A DNA stretch of 64,000 nt from an uncultured delta proteobacterium (GTDB lineage Bacteria; Myxococcota_A; Polyangia; Fen-1088), in assembly GCA_963737265.1 (NCBI GenBank), contig CAVTRY010000011.1, forward strand, positions 512,001 to 576,000, in the 5' to 3' direction. Shown here in pieces: positions 52,395-62,938 of the stretch. The translations under genes and the position numbers were made by a program. The notes under the pieces were generated by a model that saw only the letters and a list, made by a program, of their open reading frames with translations, was not told the DNA's origin and ran no database searches. How positions within the stretch are numbered: position 1 is the first letter of the stretch; every line of letters starts with the position of its first letter.

Positions 52395-52706
52395 TCATGG
52401 CCTTCGCCCGAGGTCGAAGATGACTTCACCCGGCCGGACCCACCCCAAATCGGCTCGGGCGACGTTTTCCACGGCGCGCGGGCTCGCTCGCAGGGCTTCG
52501 GCGTCGCGCGCCAGGCGTTCGTTCTCGGCGCGCAGTCGGCTGTTCTTGGCCTGTGTCGCCACCAGATCGCGTCGCAGTTGCAGATAGCGGGCAAAGCCGG
52601 AGCGCGCGTAGAGGTGATAGGGCCCGTAGCCGAAGATCGCAGCCAGCAAGATTGCGGCGATGCCTCGCAAAATCCAGGGATGTCCAACGCGGCTTCTGCG
52701 GCTCAT
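52395..52706 (-). CDS. ftsB: Septum formation initiator (FtsB/DivIC family)
   Basis: Single TM, coiled coil, ENVARADLGWVRPGE. Confidence 0.75.
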   Translation of the reverse strand: MSRRSRVGHPWILRGIAAILLAAIFGYGPYHLYARSGFARYLQLRRDLVATQAKNSRLRAENERLARDAEALRASPRAVENVARADLGWVRPGEVIFDLGRRP

Positions 52707-52794
52707 GGCGTCTCGGTCACTCAGTATCCGGGCTCGGCCGCTGCCCCGCAATTTTCTTAGCTATTGAGACCTTTCAGCAGTCCGACAACCGCGT

Positions 52795-53458
52795 TTACGC
52801 CTCGATCCGGTTTTGCGGTGACGGTGGGTTCAAGAGCCGCAGGGCGGCGCGAGTGCGCTGCGCTAGCCGTTGCCAAGCCGGCACCTGAGAAAGAAGAAGC
52901 TCACAGTCAAGCCGCTCAAGGAGTCGGGCTCTGTGGCGAGGGAATTCCTTCTTGAGAGCCTGAAGCCTCCTTCCTTGCAAGCCGCTAGCAAGGGCCAATA
53001 TCCCTTTCAGCTTTCGCTTGGGATCCGAAATGCCTTCCACATCCTTTGGCCGGGGGAGCCCCAGGTCGATTCGTGCCGACGGGTTCTCCACCACTGAAGA
53101 ACTGTCCAAAAATTGGACAGTTCTTCAGCAGCCGAGCCAAGGGCTCGGCCGCAGGTGGGGTGAAGTCCGCGAATTTACTTCGCGGACGAGGGGAGGGCAG
53201 CGGCCTGGGCAGCGGCCCTCCCTTCAAAAATCTTCAAGACGGGTCCATTTATGGACACGTCTTGAGCGGATAGCCGCTTCGTTCAGAAGCAACCACGCCT
53301 CGGTTTCGCGTATGGGCACGACCGGGATGGTCTGAACCCGAAGCCCATGCGCCGAGGTTTCAATCTCCGATATACGCAGGTTCTCGTCGGCGGAGTCGGC
53401 GAGGCACCAGCCCAGCATCTGAAGACCCCTCACACACCAAGACAAAACGGACTATCAT
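52795..53458 (-). pseudogene. TOPRIM-like (DUF4276-like) partner of the ABC ATPase; interrupted by MITE copy 2 and an internal deletion/frameshift
   Basis: Starts MIVRFVLVCEGSSD (ATGA overlap with the ATPase). PVVPIRETEAWLL..AIRS | MITE | VVENP...DPKRKL...VPAWQRL. Confidence 0.7.
53098..53262. mobile_element. 165-bp MITE-like element, copy 2
   Basis: TGA direct repeats at 53095-97 and 53263-65. Removing the element plus one TGA restores the codons I-R-S-V-V-E-N-P. Confidence 0.9.
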
Positions 53459-54827
53459 TCGTCGGCTGCGCGAAATGCCTCGGGGCTTACGTCCTCAATC
53501 CGAAGCTGTGCCCCGGGTGGAGTCGTGAGATACGCCAGAAAGCGTGGATGTGGGGGTGCCTGTTTCGCTCGGAACCGCGGCACCGACTGCGAACAACAGA
53601 TCATCCGGCCGAACCAGCTGAACGAGAACCGGAGAGTGCGTTGCCACAATCACTTGTCGCATGGGGTTTTCCGGCGAGGGACATCTCTGCACGTCAACTA
53701 CCAGATCGTAGAGCAACTTCTTCATGGCGCTCATTTTCGCCGGATGTATGCCGTTCTCTGGCTCCTCCATGCAGATCAACCCGTCTGCGTCGGGATCCTC
53801 AGCAAGTATCGTCAGCGTGAGAAAGCGCAACGTCCCGTCCGAAAGGGATCGCGCAGGCAACGCCGTACCAGATCCCTCTTTTACCTCAAGGGTGATGAGC
53901 TGGCGGATGTCATCGCGAACCGGTGTCACATCCGTGACGGGGACAAAGTCAGACAAGCGGGAGGCAATCCGGGAATAGATCCGGGCCGCGGCGCCCCCAT
54001 TTCGTTCCGCGATACCCCCAAGCCTATAGAGCGTTGCCGCCAAGTGATCCCCATGGGGACTGACATGGGGATCGCCGTGAAAGCGATCCGCATTGCGCAT
54101 GGAAGAGGCTTCCAGCGCCAGGAGACGCCATTTCTGCATCTCGCGACGAGCAGCCAGTATCGTGGGAGTTGCCGAGGTGTTCGACGTGGCAACGATGGTT
54201 CTTGGGGCGGTCGCAGCAGGAGCCTTCTGTGGCTTGCCGCGACTGCCTCCATCCTGATGGATATGGATCTCCGTCTGTCCATCCTCCGCGGTCTCGGTCG
54301 AAATGAACCCCTCCGCTGTCCGGCGCTTGTTCACGACCGCGTGCTGGCGAAATGCTTGAGCGCTGTGAGGGAAAGCCAGACGTTTTGCGGCCTCACCTTC
54401 GGTTAGGTATTTGAGGCGCTCTGCCAATAGGACCAACCGCCCCATCGTGCCGCCAGGCCCGGGTGGTTCGTAGCCGATATCGATCTCGTAGCGGAGGAAT
54501 GTTCGAGCTCGCCTTCGCTTGTCGCCCGAATTCGTCCGTCACGTTCTCGTTCACAAGCATCTCCGCCGCCAAAGAAAATCTCTGCGACCGGCTACGACCA
54601 TCTGTCCAGAACAGATCGACTAGATCGGTCGTGTCACGGTCTGTACCTCGAACGGCCAGCGCTGCGTCCATGAGGGTATGGTCAGCGAGCAGCGAGAGAA
54701 AGCGGATGGCATCCAGCACATTGGACTTCCCTACGGCGTTTGGCCCCGCAAGGCACGTAAACGCACCAAAGTCAGTCGAGAACCCAATGAGGTTCTTAAA
54801 GTTGTTGGCTTCCAGGCGGGTCAGCAT
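53455..54827 (-). CDS. ABC-type (AAA_21-like) ATPase, frameshifted near 54500 and 53535
   Basis: NFKNL, GPNAVGKSN, LSDGTLRFL, CMEEPENGIHP, ATHSP. Confidence 0.82.
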
Positions 54828-54972
54828 TTCTGAGTGCCCTGCCACTCTAGACGGATAGTCACACCCTTTCAACCGCGCCCCGGTTGGGCAAGCGCTTTAC
54901 CGTACTGTCTTGTCCGAGCTCCCCCTTATGCCCGAAGGCCAACCGCCGCAGTTTGGGCGGCGGGCTCAAGAG

Positions 54973-55977
54973 CTACGCCCGGCCCTGCTCTTGCCACCAC
55001 AAATAGGTGTCGCGCAGGGTTTCTTCGATGGGACGCGGCCGGTAGCCGAGCTCGCTTTCGGCCTTGCGGCGGTCGGCCGGGCGTTGGTTGCGAAGCACGC
55101 GCAGCGATTCGGATGTGAACAGGGGCTGGCGCCCACGTAGCCGCGCCCAGGCGGCGGCAAACGGCGCCGCCAACCTGGCGAGCGCCATGGGAGCGGCGAA
55201 GCGAGGAGCAGGCTGGCCGGTCACCCTCGCCCACAGCCGCGCCAGTTCCACCAGCGACAGGCGCGCTCCGGAAAGCAAATAGCGCTCGCCGCGCCGACCT
55301 TGCTCCGCCGCTGCTATCGCCGCCGACACGACGTCGCGCACATCCACGAAATCGCAGTCCGCGCTGGCGACCAATGCGGGCAGTCGGCCAGATGCCAGCG
55401 AAAGCAAGACCTCACCCATCGGCGAGGGCTGGAAATCGAAAGGGCCGATGACCGCCGTGGGATTGAGAATGACGGCATCGAGCCCGCGCGCTCCCGCGAT
55501 GAGAACGAGCCGCTCGGCCTCGGCTTTGGCGAAGTCGTAGGCTCCCCGCCCGTCGCCCGCCTGCACGAGTCGGCAGTCTTCATGAACCGCGTCCCGGTCG
55601 GGCACCAGCGCCTGCACCGAGCTGAAATGCACCAGCCGCCGCACGCCGGCCGCCACGCAGGCTTCGACCACGTTTGCGGTACCGACGACGTTGATCTCGC
55701 GCACGACGGCCGCGGGCGCCCACCCAGCCGAGACCTTGGCGGCGAGGTGATAGACGCAATCCGCTCGCGCAAAAGCCGAAACGAGGCTCGCGCGATCGAG
55801 CACATCGGCGCGCACCGCTTGAACGGGCAAACCGTCAATGGCGCGGGTTTGGCGACGAATCAGGGCGCGCACCGAATGCCCGTGCGCGAGCAGGCGGCGC
55901 ACGAGATTTCCGCCCACATGGCCAGAGGCTCCGGTCACCACCGCGAGCCGCGGGTCAGATCCGCCACGAGTCGCCAT
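54973..55977 (-). CDS. NAD-dependent epimerase/dehydratase (HpnA/dihydroflavonol-reductase-like)
   Basis: VTGASGHVG, YHLAA, HFSS, YDFAK, FVDVRDV, GERYLL. Confidence 0.85.
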   Translation of the reverse strand: MATRGGSDPRLAVVTGASGHVGGNLVRRLLAHGHSVRALIRRQTRAIDGLPVQAVRADVLDRASLVSAFARADCVYHLAAKVSAGWAPAAVVREINVVGTANVVEACVAAGVRRLVHFSSVQALVPDRDAVHEDCRLVQAGDGRGAYDFAKAEAERLVLIAGARGLDAVILNPTAVIGPFDFQPSPMGEVLLSLASGRLPALVASADCDFVDVRDVVSAAIAAAEQGRRGERYLLSGARLSLVELARLWARVTGQPAPRFAAPMALARLAAPFAAAWARLRGRQPLFTSESLRVLRNQRPADRRKAESELGYRPRPIEETLRDTYLWWQEQGRA

Positions 55978-55993
55978 CGGAGAATCTCGTGGG

Positions 55994-58241
55994 CTACGGT
56001 CTGTTCAGCAGGGCAAGCACGGCGTCCTTGGCGCACTTGTCGCAATAGCCGAAGCGCTGCTTGAGATTGTCGAGGGTCGTGCGAACCGCCACCACGGCGT
56101 CGGGGAGCATCTGGTCTGGCCCGTCGACCAGGTAGACCAACAAGTCCTGGTTGATCTTGCCGACCTGGCGCTTGCGCTCGGAAAAAAACGCCTCGCGCAG
56201 ATCGGCGATGGGCCGGGGAAAGATGCGTTCGTAGTCGGGACGCTGGGCGGGATTGTCGAGCGACCAGGCGCCGATTTTGGAGATGACCTCGCGGCGAAAA
56301 TCGGCGGGCGACATGCCGCTCGTGCGCACGCCGAGCAGGCGCTCGAACGTCGGCCATCAGCTCTTGATCGGGATCTTCGTCGACGCCGGTGAGGGGGTTG
56401 TGCACTTTTTCGTTCTTCACCCAGTACGACAGGTGGGTCACGTAGCGTTCGAAGTGCTCGATGTAGCGTCGCTCTTCCACCAGGCCCATGGAAATGCGCA
56501 CCTCGTCCGCGATGCGCGCGAGCAGGCGGGTCCGCACCTTGTCGACGAAGGCGGCGTGCTCGTGGTAGCCGCCCGGGGCCGGCGCTTGGCGCAGAAACTC
56601 GTACACCGTGGTCGCGCGCACCAGATCGTCGAGCTCGTCGAGCACGGCAAAAGGCGACGAGCACTCGTACTTCGGGCTCTGCGCCGCGTTCATGAGCACG
56701 AGCTTCATCTCGCGCGGCGAAGCGCCGGCGCGCCCTTCGTAGTTCACGTCGTTGTCGCTCTCGCGCGCGATAGTTTCCACGGCCGCCACGAGATTCTTCT
56801 GCTCTTCGTGCGAGAAGGTATCGTTGGTCTCGTCGGCGTAGAGCAGCGCTTTTTCCAGCGGTCCAAGTCGCGCCACGAGGGTGGCCAGCCGCCCCGTATA
56901 TTTGTCGAGCTGCGGGCGCCGCAGGCGGGTGAGGACGGCCCAAAATGCAGCCACCCAAGCCACATGAGGCGCAACGTGGCGCCCGCTTCCCGCCGCGATG
57001 CCTTGCTGAATGTGCTCGTCGTAGATTTGTTTTTCCACGCGAACGTCGAGCAGATAGGGCGCGCGCACCAGCTCCATGCGCCCCTTGAACGACTGGAATT
57101 CTGGCACTTCCTTGAACGCCGCCAGGAAGCTTTCGTTGGACGTGGCGAAGAAAACCGTGTCCACCTCCAGCGTGCCGAAGTCGAGAGATGTCGAGCCGTT
57201 TTCCACCACGCCGAGCAGGTACTTCCACGATTCGAATGGCCGCTTGAGCAGATCCTCGAAATCGAGCGCACCGCGGTTGGCGTCCGCCAGCTCGCCCTGC
57301 AGCTCGAACAACGAAACCGATTGCAAGGCCGAGGGCAGCGCGGTCAGCGAGCGATCCATGGAAATCTGTCGCGTGTGCACGTCGACCGACATCTGGGGCT
57401 CGACCGTGGCCACGGATTGTCGATAGCGGCGCGAAATGAAGAATCGCTCGACCTGCACGTGGCGCAGGACCCTGCCAAGATCGCCGTGGTACGAGGCCAG
57501 CAGAGCTTCAAATATCTGGCGGTTGCGGTGGGACAAGTCGCCATCGTAGAGGTAGCGCGCAGGCCGAAACCCGCCCGCCATTTCCTTGGCGAGGTGGGTG
57601 GCCATGAGCTCGCGGCGCTTGTCGCGCGGCAGGAGCAGAAGTGGGTGGTCGCGCAGCTCGTCGCCGATCTTGGCATCGATGTGCTCGTCTTCAAGGTAGG
57701 CGTACGAGTCGGCGTCGCCGATACCGTCGTGGGCGCCGCCGAAACCGATACCGCCCTTGCTGAGGTGCTGAACCGGAAAGATCCAGCTGAAGCGGTAAAG
57801 CGCGCCTTCTTCCAGATGCGAGTAGTGCTCCATGGCGCGTTCGATACAGGCGACCACGGTCGACTTGGCGCTGCCGTTGGGTCCGTGGAGCAGGATAAGA
57901 CGATTGGTGCGGCCTTCGCGTGCGAAGTTGGAGATCAGGCGGTAGATGGCGGCCTGAACCTCTTCCTGCCCACGCAGGCAGTCCTTGCCGCTATCCCAGG
58001 CGCAGTCGAAAAGGTTGAAGCGCGTGGCTTCGCCGCGCGGTCCACGGATCTTGGTCGTGCCGAAGTGGTCGAACACGTCGCGCACGTACTGGGCCGAGGA
58101 ACGGACTTGCCGGGCCATATCCTTGTCGAGCAGGGAGATGTACTCGGCAAAGGACATGACGCGCCTCGTGCGCGCAAAGCCATCGCGCGTCTCGGCGGAC
58201 AACCGGGCAAGCCAAGCTTTGGGGTCGAATTCTGCCGTCAT
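55994..58241 (-). CDS. prkA: PrkA-family AAA+ serine protein kinase (frameshift near 56345)
   Basis: LLHGPNGSAKST, DHPLLL, GELADANRG, DLLKRP, GASPRE. C-terminus FGYC..CA is in the 55994 frame. Confidence 0.85.
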
Positions 58242-58339
58242 AGAACCTCTTTTTGAACCTCTTTGAGGGTAGCACGACCCCGAGGGTGGTCGCCGAGCGT
58301 ATTCCCTCTTGCGACGAGGCACGGTATAGAGTCGGAACC

Positions 58340-59092
58340 ATGATCGTCCTGAGGTTCGCTTCGTGCCCTTACCCTCGCCGCCGTCGCGTGCTCGCTGCCC
58401 TTCTTGTCGGGTTTGTTGCAATCGCCTTTCTGCCCATCACCACGCAGGCCGCGCCCACGAAAAAGGGCGGAAAAGGCGCTGCCACGCACGACGATGCCAG
58501 CCTAGAAGGCGAATCGCCGCCGACCGCGGCGCCGTCGTTGCCCCCGCCGGGCACGAGCCCGCTGGCGGAGCTCAAGAAGTCGAACGCGGCGCTCAAGAAG
58601 CTTTTTCAAAAGCAGCCACCGTCATGGTCGCCCGAGAGCGATGCCAAGCGCAGCGACACGCGCAAGATCGTCTCGGGATTTTTGGACTTCGAGGAGCTCG
58701 CCCGACGATCCTTGGCGCGCCACTGGGACGAGATCGCCCCGAAACAACGGACTGAATTCGTCGGCGTTCTGCGCGACCTCATCGAACGCAATTACATCAA
58801 ACAGGTCAATGGTCAGCCCAACTACAATCTGCGCTTCGAGAAGGAAACCATCAACGGCAGCGAAGCGACGGTGCATGCGACCCTGGACAGCGAAAGCAAC
58901 GGCAAGACAGTCGCGGTCAGCATGGAGTACAAGCTGCTCTACAAAGGCAGCCACTGGTGGGTGTACGATGTCGTCACCGACGAGCAAAGCATGCTGGAAA
59001 ACTACCGCGCGGAGTTCAACAAGATCATCAACAAGGAATCCTTCGATGCCCTCCTCAAGCGCATGAAGAAGCGTTTGGAGAATACCGAGTAG
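58340..59092 (+). CDS. MlaC/Ttg2D-family phospholipid-binding periplasmic protein
   Basis: DFEELARRSLARHW, WWVYDV, SMLENYRAEF, DALLKRM. Confidence 0.82.
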   Translation: MIVLRFASCPYPRRRRVLAALLVGFVAIAFLPITTQAAPTKKGGKGAATHDDASLEGESPPTAAPSLPPPGTSPLAELKKSNAALKKLFQKQPPSWSPESDAKRSDTRKIVSGFLDFEELARRSLARHWDEIAPKQRTEFVGVLRDLIERNYIKQVNGQPNYNLRFEKETINGSEATVHATLDSESNGKTVAVSMEYKLLYKGSHWWVYDVVTDEQSMLENYRAEFNKIINKESFDALLKRMKKRLENTE

Positions 59093-59105
59093 ATCGCTCG
59101 GACGC

Positions 59106-60068
59106 GTGAGAGGATTGTCGTTCATCGTGCGCTTCAAGAGTTTCTTACCGGCAGTTCTGGTCGTCGCGTCCAGCCAGGCGGCCCTGGCGCAGTCCGGACC
59201 GCCCGCGGATGCCGCAGCGGCAAAGGCGCCGCCGGCGGCGCTCGTCCCCGCGACCAGTACCGCCGCTCCCGCCCCCATCGCTTCACCGGTCTTGATACCG
59301 GCTCCCACGTCGCAACACGCGCCGTCGCCGTTGGCCCCGCCCTCCGCTCACGGGGGAGTGATGTCCGCCCGAGTGGCCGTCACCGAGTTCAAAGTCGAGG
59401 GCGAAGGCGCGTCGCCAGCCCTGTCGATGCAACTTCAGGACGGCTTCGTGGTGGGCGTGACACGCAAGGCACCCATCTACGTCCTTGATTCGGTCGACGT
59501 CGCACGCTACATGGACACATTTCCCGAGCTGCAGAAGTGCGACGGTTCGATCTGCGTGAAGCGATTCGGACAGCTCCTCGACGTCAGCCACCTGATTAAG
59601 GTCAATGTAAAAGTGAGCGGCAACAGTTACGCCATGACCGCGCGCTTGCTCAGCACGGAAGAGCCCACCCCGGCCATGGTTCCGGTGGACACCGAAACCC
59701 GTTTTTGCAACGTCTGCACCGTGGACGAAGCTAGGCAAAGGATGGTCCAGCTTGGCGACGAGGTGAAGCGGCCAGTCGAGTCCTGGCTGGATACATGGCG
59801 ACCGCCGCCGCCGCCGCCGCCACCACCGAAATCCTGGCGCCGCCCGCTGGCCGCGGTTGGCATCGCCGTCGGCTTCGCTACCGCCGCCGCTGGAGGCGCA
59901 CTGTTCGCCAACACCGGCTCGACAGACAGCAGGTGGAAGGCGGGCGTGGCAGGCTTGATGTTGGGCCTCGGCGCCGGAGCAACCGCCGTCGGGTGCTACG
60001 TTCTCGTCGCCTTACCCTCCGAACCGAACAGACCCGCGGCAAGCCTTTCCATCGGTGGCAAGTTCTGA
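59106..60068 (+). CDS. Hypothetical exported/membrane protein (myxobacterial type)
   Basis: Signal peptide, C...C..FGQLL, CNVC, poly-Pro, two TMs, terminal GGKF. Confidence 0.6.
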   Translation: MRGLSFIVRFKSFLPAVLVVASSQAALAQSGPPADAAAAKAPPAALVPATSTAAPAPIASPVLIPAPTSQHAPSPLAPPSAHGGVMSARVAVTEFKVEGEGASPALSMQLQDGFVVGVTRKAPIYVLDSVDVARYMDTFPELQKCDGSICVKRFGQLLDVSHLIKVNVKVSGNSYAMTARLLSTEEPTPAMVPVDTETRFCNVCTVDEARQRMVQLGDEVKRPVESWLDTWRPPPPPPPPPKSWRRPLAAVGIAVGFATAAAGGALFANTGSTDSRWKAGVAGLMLGLGAGATAVGCYVLVALPSEPNRPAASLSIGGKF

Positions 60069-60203
60069 CTTAAACAGATCCTAGTGGAGCACATTGTGCA
60101 GCTCTGAAGTCTTCACATCGGAAGCCACGTTAGGATTGTTGAGGCCCACGGAATCGCGATGAGTGGCTGAACTTTTCCGCGGACGTGCCGAAAAGCAGGA
60201 GCA

Positions 60204-61145
60204 GTGGAAAGATATACTCCGGTTCCAAGCGATTTCGGTGAGGTCGCGGATCTTTGGCTTGATGGCGCGTCGCCAAGCGAGTCCGATCTTCGCGTTGCAC
60301 GCAGCCTGGCGGCGCGTCTCGGAAGCTTCGAAGGCGTGCGGCCGTTTCCCGCCGTGGTGCAGAGCCTAATCGAGCACGTTTCGCGTCCGGATTTCGACCT
60401 CAACGATGTCCGCAAGTTGATAGAGCTCGATCCTGCGTTGGCATCGCGGATTCTGCGGGTGGCCAACTCGGCTGCCTACCGCGGCCTCGGGCACTGTACG
60501 TCGGTCGCCCAAGCCGTGGTGCGCATCGGCGCGACGAACGTCAGCGGACTAGCCATGGCCATGTCCGCGATGGCATGGTTTCACGATCTCGGTGGCGTCG
60601 GGCGAAAGATTCGCGACCACTCGGCGGGAACCGCAGTCGTCGCGCGTGAGCTGGCGGTGAGCTTGGGCTGCGCGCAACTGTCTTCCAAGGCGTTCTTGGC
60701 CGGGCTTCTGCACGATATCGGCAAGCTGCTGATCATTCAAACCGGCGACAAGGCGTACGCCGAGCTGGTCGCGCGAGAGATGGTGCCTTCCAGCGTCCAT
60801 CTCAAGGAGACATCCATGTGGGGCTTCGACCATGGGCTGCTGGGCGCCCACGTGCTCAGGTCCTGGAACATTCCCGCACCCATTCCTCAGCTCATCGCGT
60901 GGCACCACCAACCGAAAGGCGGACACTGCAGCGCGACTGGATGGGCCCAGGCGCTGGATCTGCTGCGTATAGCGGACGTCGTTGATTGGCTGCTCGGGCA
61001 GGGTTGCCCGGCCAGCTCACCATGGGTGGCGCGGTTGGCGGCCTCGCCCGATGGCTTCCGCGCTGGGCTCGGCGCCGACACATTACCTTCGCTGTGGGAT
61101 GATTTGCGCACCATTCGTGACGAGGCGCTGGACGTCTTCGGATAG
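60204..61145 (+). CDS. HDOD domain protein
   Basis: DPALASRILRVANS, AGLLHDIGK, GFDH.LLG..W..P...AWHH. Confidence 0.9.
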   Translation: MERYTPVPSDFGEVADLWLDGASPSESDLRVARSLAARLGSFEGVRPFPAVVQSLIEHVSRPDFDLNDVRKLIELDPALASRILRVANSAAYRGLGHCTSVAQAVVRIGATNVSGLAMAMSAMAWFHDLGGVGRKIRDHSAGTAVVARELAVSLGCAQLSSKAFLAGLLHDIGKLLIIQTGDKAYAELVAREMVPSSVHLKETSMWGFDHGLLGAHVLRSWNIPAPIPQLIAWHHQPKGGHCSATGWAQALDLLRIADVVDWLLGQGCPASSPWVARLAASPDGFRAGLGADTLPSLWDDLRTIRDEALDVFG

Positions 61146-61570
61146 TCGGAACGCGCTGCCACGACCAGATGCGGGCTGCTCGGCGGCCGTTGAAGTCACG
61201 ACCTTCACCGGACGCCTCCTGGCCTAGGAGCTCGTTGACCATCTTGCGGAAGGTGTCGACCGCGATGGGCTTGCGCAGGAGTCTGCTGTTGCCCAGACGT
61301 TCGACACTGGCGTGCGTTCGATCCATCCCAGCGGGCGCAGATGGATCAAGCCCGGGGAATGCGGACGACGATCCGGGTGCTGCGATCCAAGACCGACGAC
61401 AAGCTCGCACGTGCCGCCGAGCGCGCGCGTGGCGCGTTCAACAATCGCTAGGCCATCACCCGCGACTCGCAGGTTGTGACTCGTCGGGACGGCTGCGCTA
61501 TTTGCATTGACCACCGGCATGGTCCGCATGTACTGAAATCATGACGGAAGTGACCGGCCATGAGATCGGC

Positions 61571-62938
61571 TTATCCAGCGGCCTCGACGTCGCGCCTGAC
61601 GCTTCCCCCGAGCGCCTGCAAGATTTCGCCGAAGGTTGGAAACGACGTGGCGATGTCCTCGCTGGGCACGACGGTTTCTTCGTCGGACAGCAGCCCCAGC
61701 ACCGCGCCGGCCATGGCGATGCGGTGATCGCGGTCGGGCGCAACGCGACCACCTCTCGGGGACAGGCCGGCGCTGCCCACGACGGTGAAGCCGTCGCTGG
61801 TTTGTTCGATGTCGACCCCGGCGCGCCGCAGCTCTCGGGCGATGGCGGCGATGCGATCCGACTCCTTCACGCGCAGCTCTCCAAGGTCGGAAAATTCTGA
61901 ACGGCCGCTCGCGACCGCGCAGGCGATGGCCAGCGCCGGGATCTCGTCGATGGAACGTAGGGCGAGCTCGCCGGCGATTCGGGTGGCCTGCAGCGGCCCC
62001 ACCCAGCGCACGCGCACGCGTCCCACGGGCTCGCCCATGACTTCCGCGGTTTGCACGACTTCGATGTTGGCCGCCATGGCCCGCAGGACATCGAGAACAC
62101 CGGTTCGGGTGGGATTGAGCCCGACTTGCTCGACGGTGACGTCGCTGCCGGGCACGACGGCGGCGGCGACCAGCAGGAAGGCCGCGGACGATAGATCGCC
62201 GGGTACCTCGACCGGGGCCGCCGTCAAGCGGCCGTTCCATCCCACCGGATGGACCTCGATTCGGCGCTGCTCGGGATCGACACGGATGGGCGCCCCGAGG
62301 AAGCGCAACATGCGCTCGGTGTGGTCGCGCGAAAGGCCGGGTTCCTGAATCGTGGTCCGGCTGCTGGCGCGCAAGCCCGCGAGCACGACGGCGCTTTTGA
62401 TCTGCGCGCTGGCCACCGGCAGTTGATAGTCGATTCCATGCAGGTTGCCGCCGGCGATGACGAGCGGAGGGAGAAGACCTTCGGGCCGGCTGGGGTCGCT
62501 GCGTCCGTCGATACGCGCGCCCATTGTGCGCAGAGGCTCGGCCACGCGGCCCATGGGCCGCCGGGACAGCGAGGGATCGCCGGTGAGCGTGCTTTCAAAC
62601 GGACAGCCCGCGAGAAGGCCGCAAAACAAGCGCATGGTCGTGCCTGAATTGCCACAGTCGAGGGCCGCGGCGGCCTGCCGCAAGCCCGCCAATCCCACGC
62701 CTGCCACGCGCGCTTCCGAACCCGCAACTTGCACGGAAACGCCAAGCGCGCGCAGAGCACCGGCGGTCGAGGCATTGTCGCCGCCCAGTCCCAGGCCCTT
62801 GATTTCGACCGGACCGTCGCAAAGGGCTCCGAACAGCAGCGCGCGATGCGAGATGGACTTGTCGCCGGGCACGCTGCACACCCCGCGCAAGGCCGGGCTT
62901 CGTCCGATGCGAAGGATTTGCTGGAAAGTGGGAGTCAT
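61571..62938 (-). CDS. aroA: 3-phosphoshikimate 1-carboxyvinyltransferase (EPSP synthase)
   Basis: PGDKSISHR, DCGNSGTT, SAQIKSA, RDHTE, DLSSAAF, ELRVKESDR, DHRIAM. Confidence 0.96.
   Translation of the reverse strand: MTPTFQQILRIGRSPALRGVCSVPGDKSISHRALLFGALCDGPVEIKGLGLGGDNASTAGALRALGVSVQVAGSEARVAGVGLAGLRQAAAALDCGNSGTTMRLFCGLLAGCPFESTLTGDPSLSRRPMGRVAEPLRTMGARIDGRSDPSRPEGLLPPLVIAGGNLHGIDYQLPVASAQIKSAVVLAGLRASSRTTIQEPGLSRDHTERMLRFLGAPIRVDPEQRRIEVHPVGWNGRLTAAPVEVPGDLSSAAFLLVAAAVVPGSDVTVEQVGLNPTRTGVLDVLRAMAANIEVVQTAEVMGEPVGRVRVRWVGPLQATRIAGELALRSIDEIPALAIACAVASGRSEFSDLGELRVKESDRIAAIARELRRAGVDIEQTSDGFTVVGSAGLSPRGGRVAPDRDHRIAMAGAVLGLLSDEETVVPSEDIATSFPTFGEILQALGGSVRRDVEAAG

Noticed and set aside
45347-53262. 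Composite transposon bounded by the two MITE copies
   Set aside because: Each copy has its own TGA duplication, copy 2 splits a gene whose halves lie on both sides of it, and the enclosed DNA includes ftsB. These are independent insertions.
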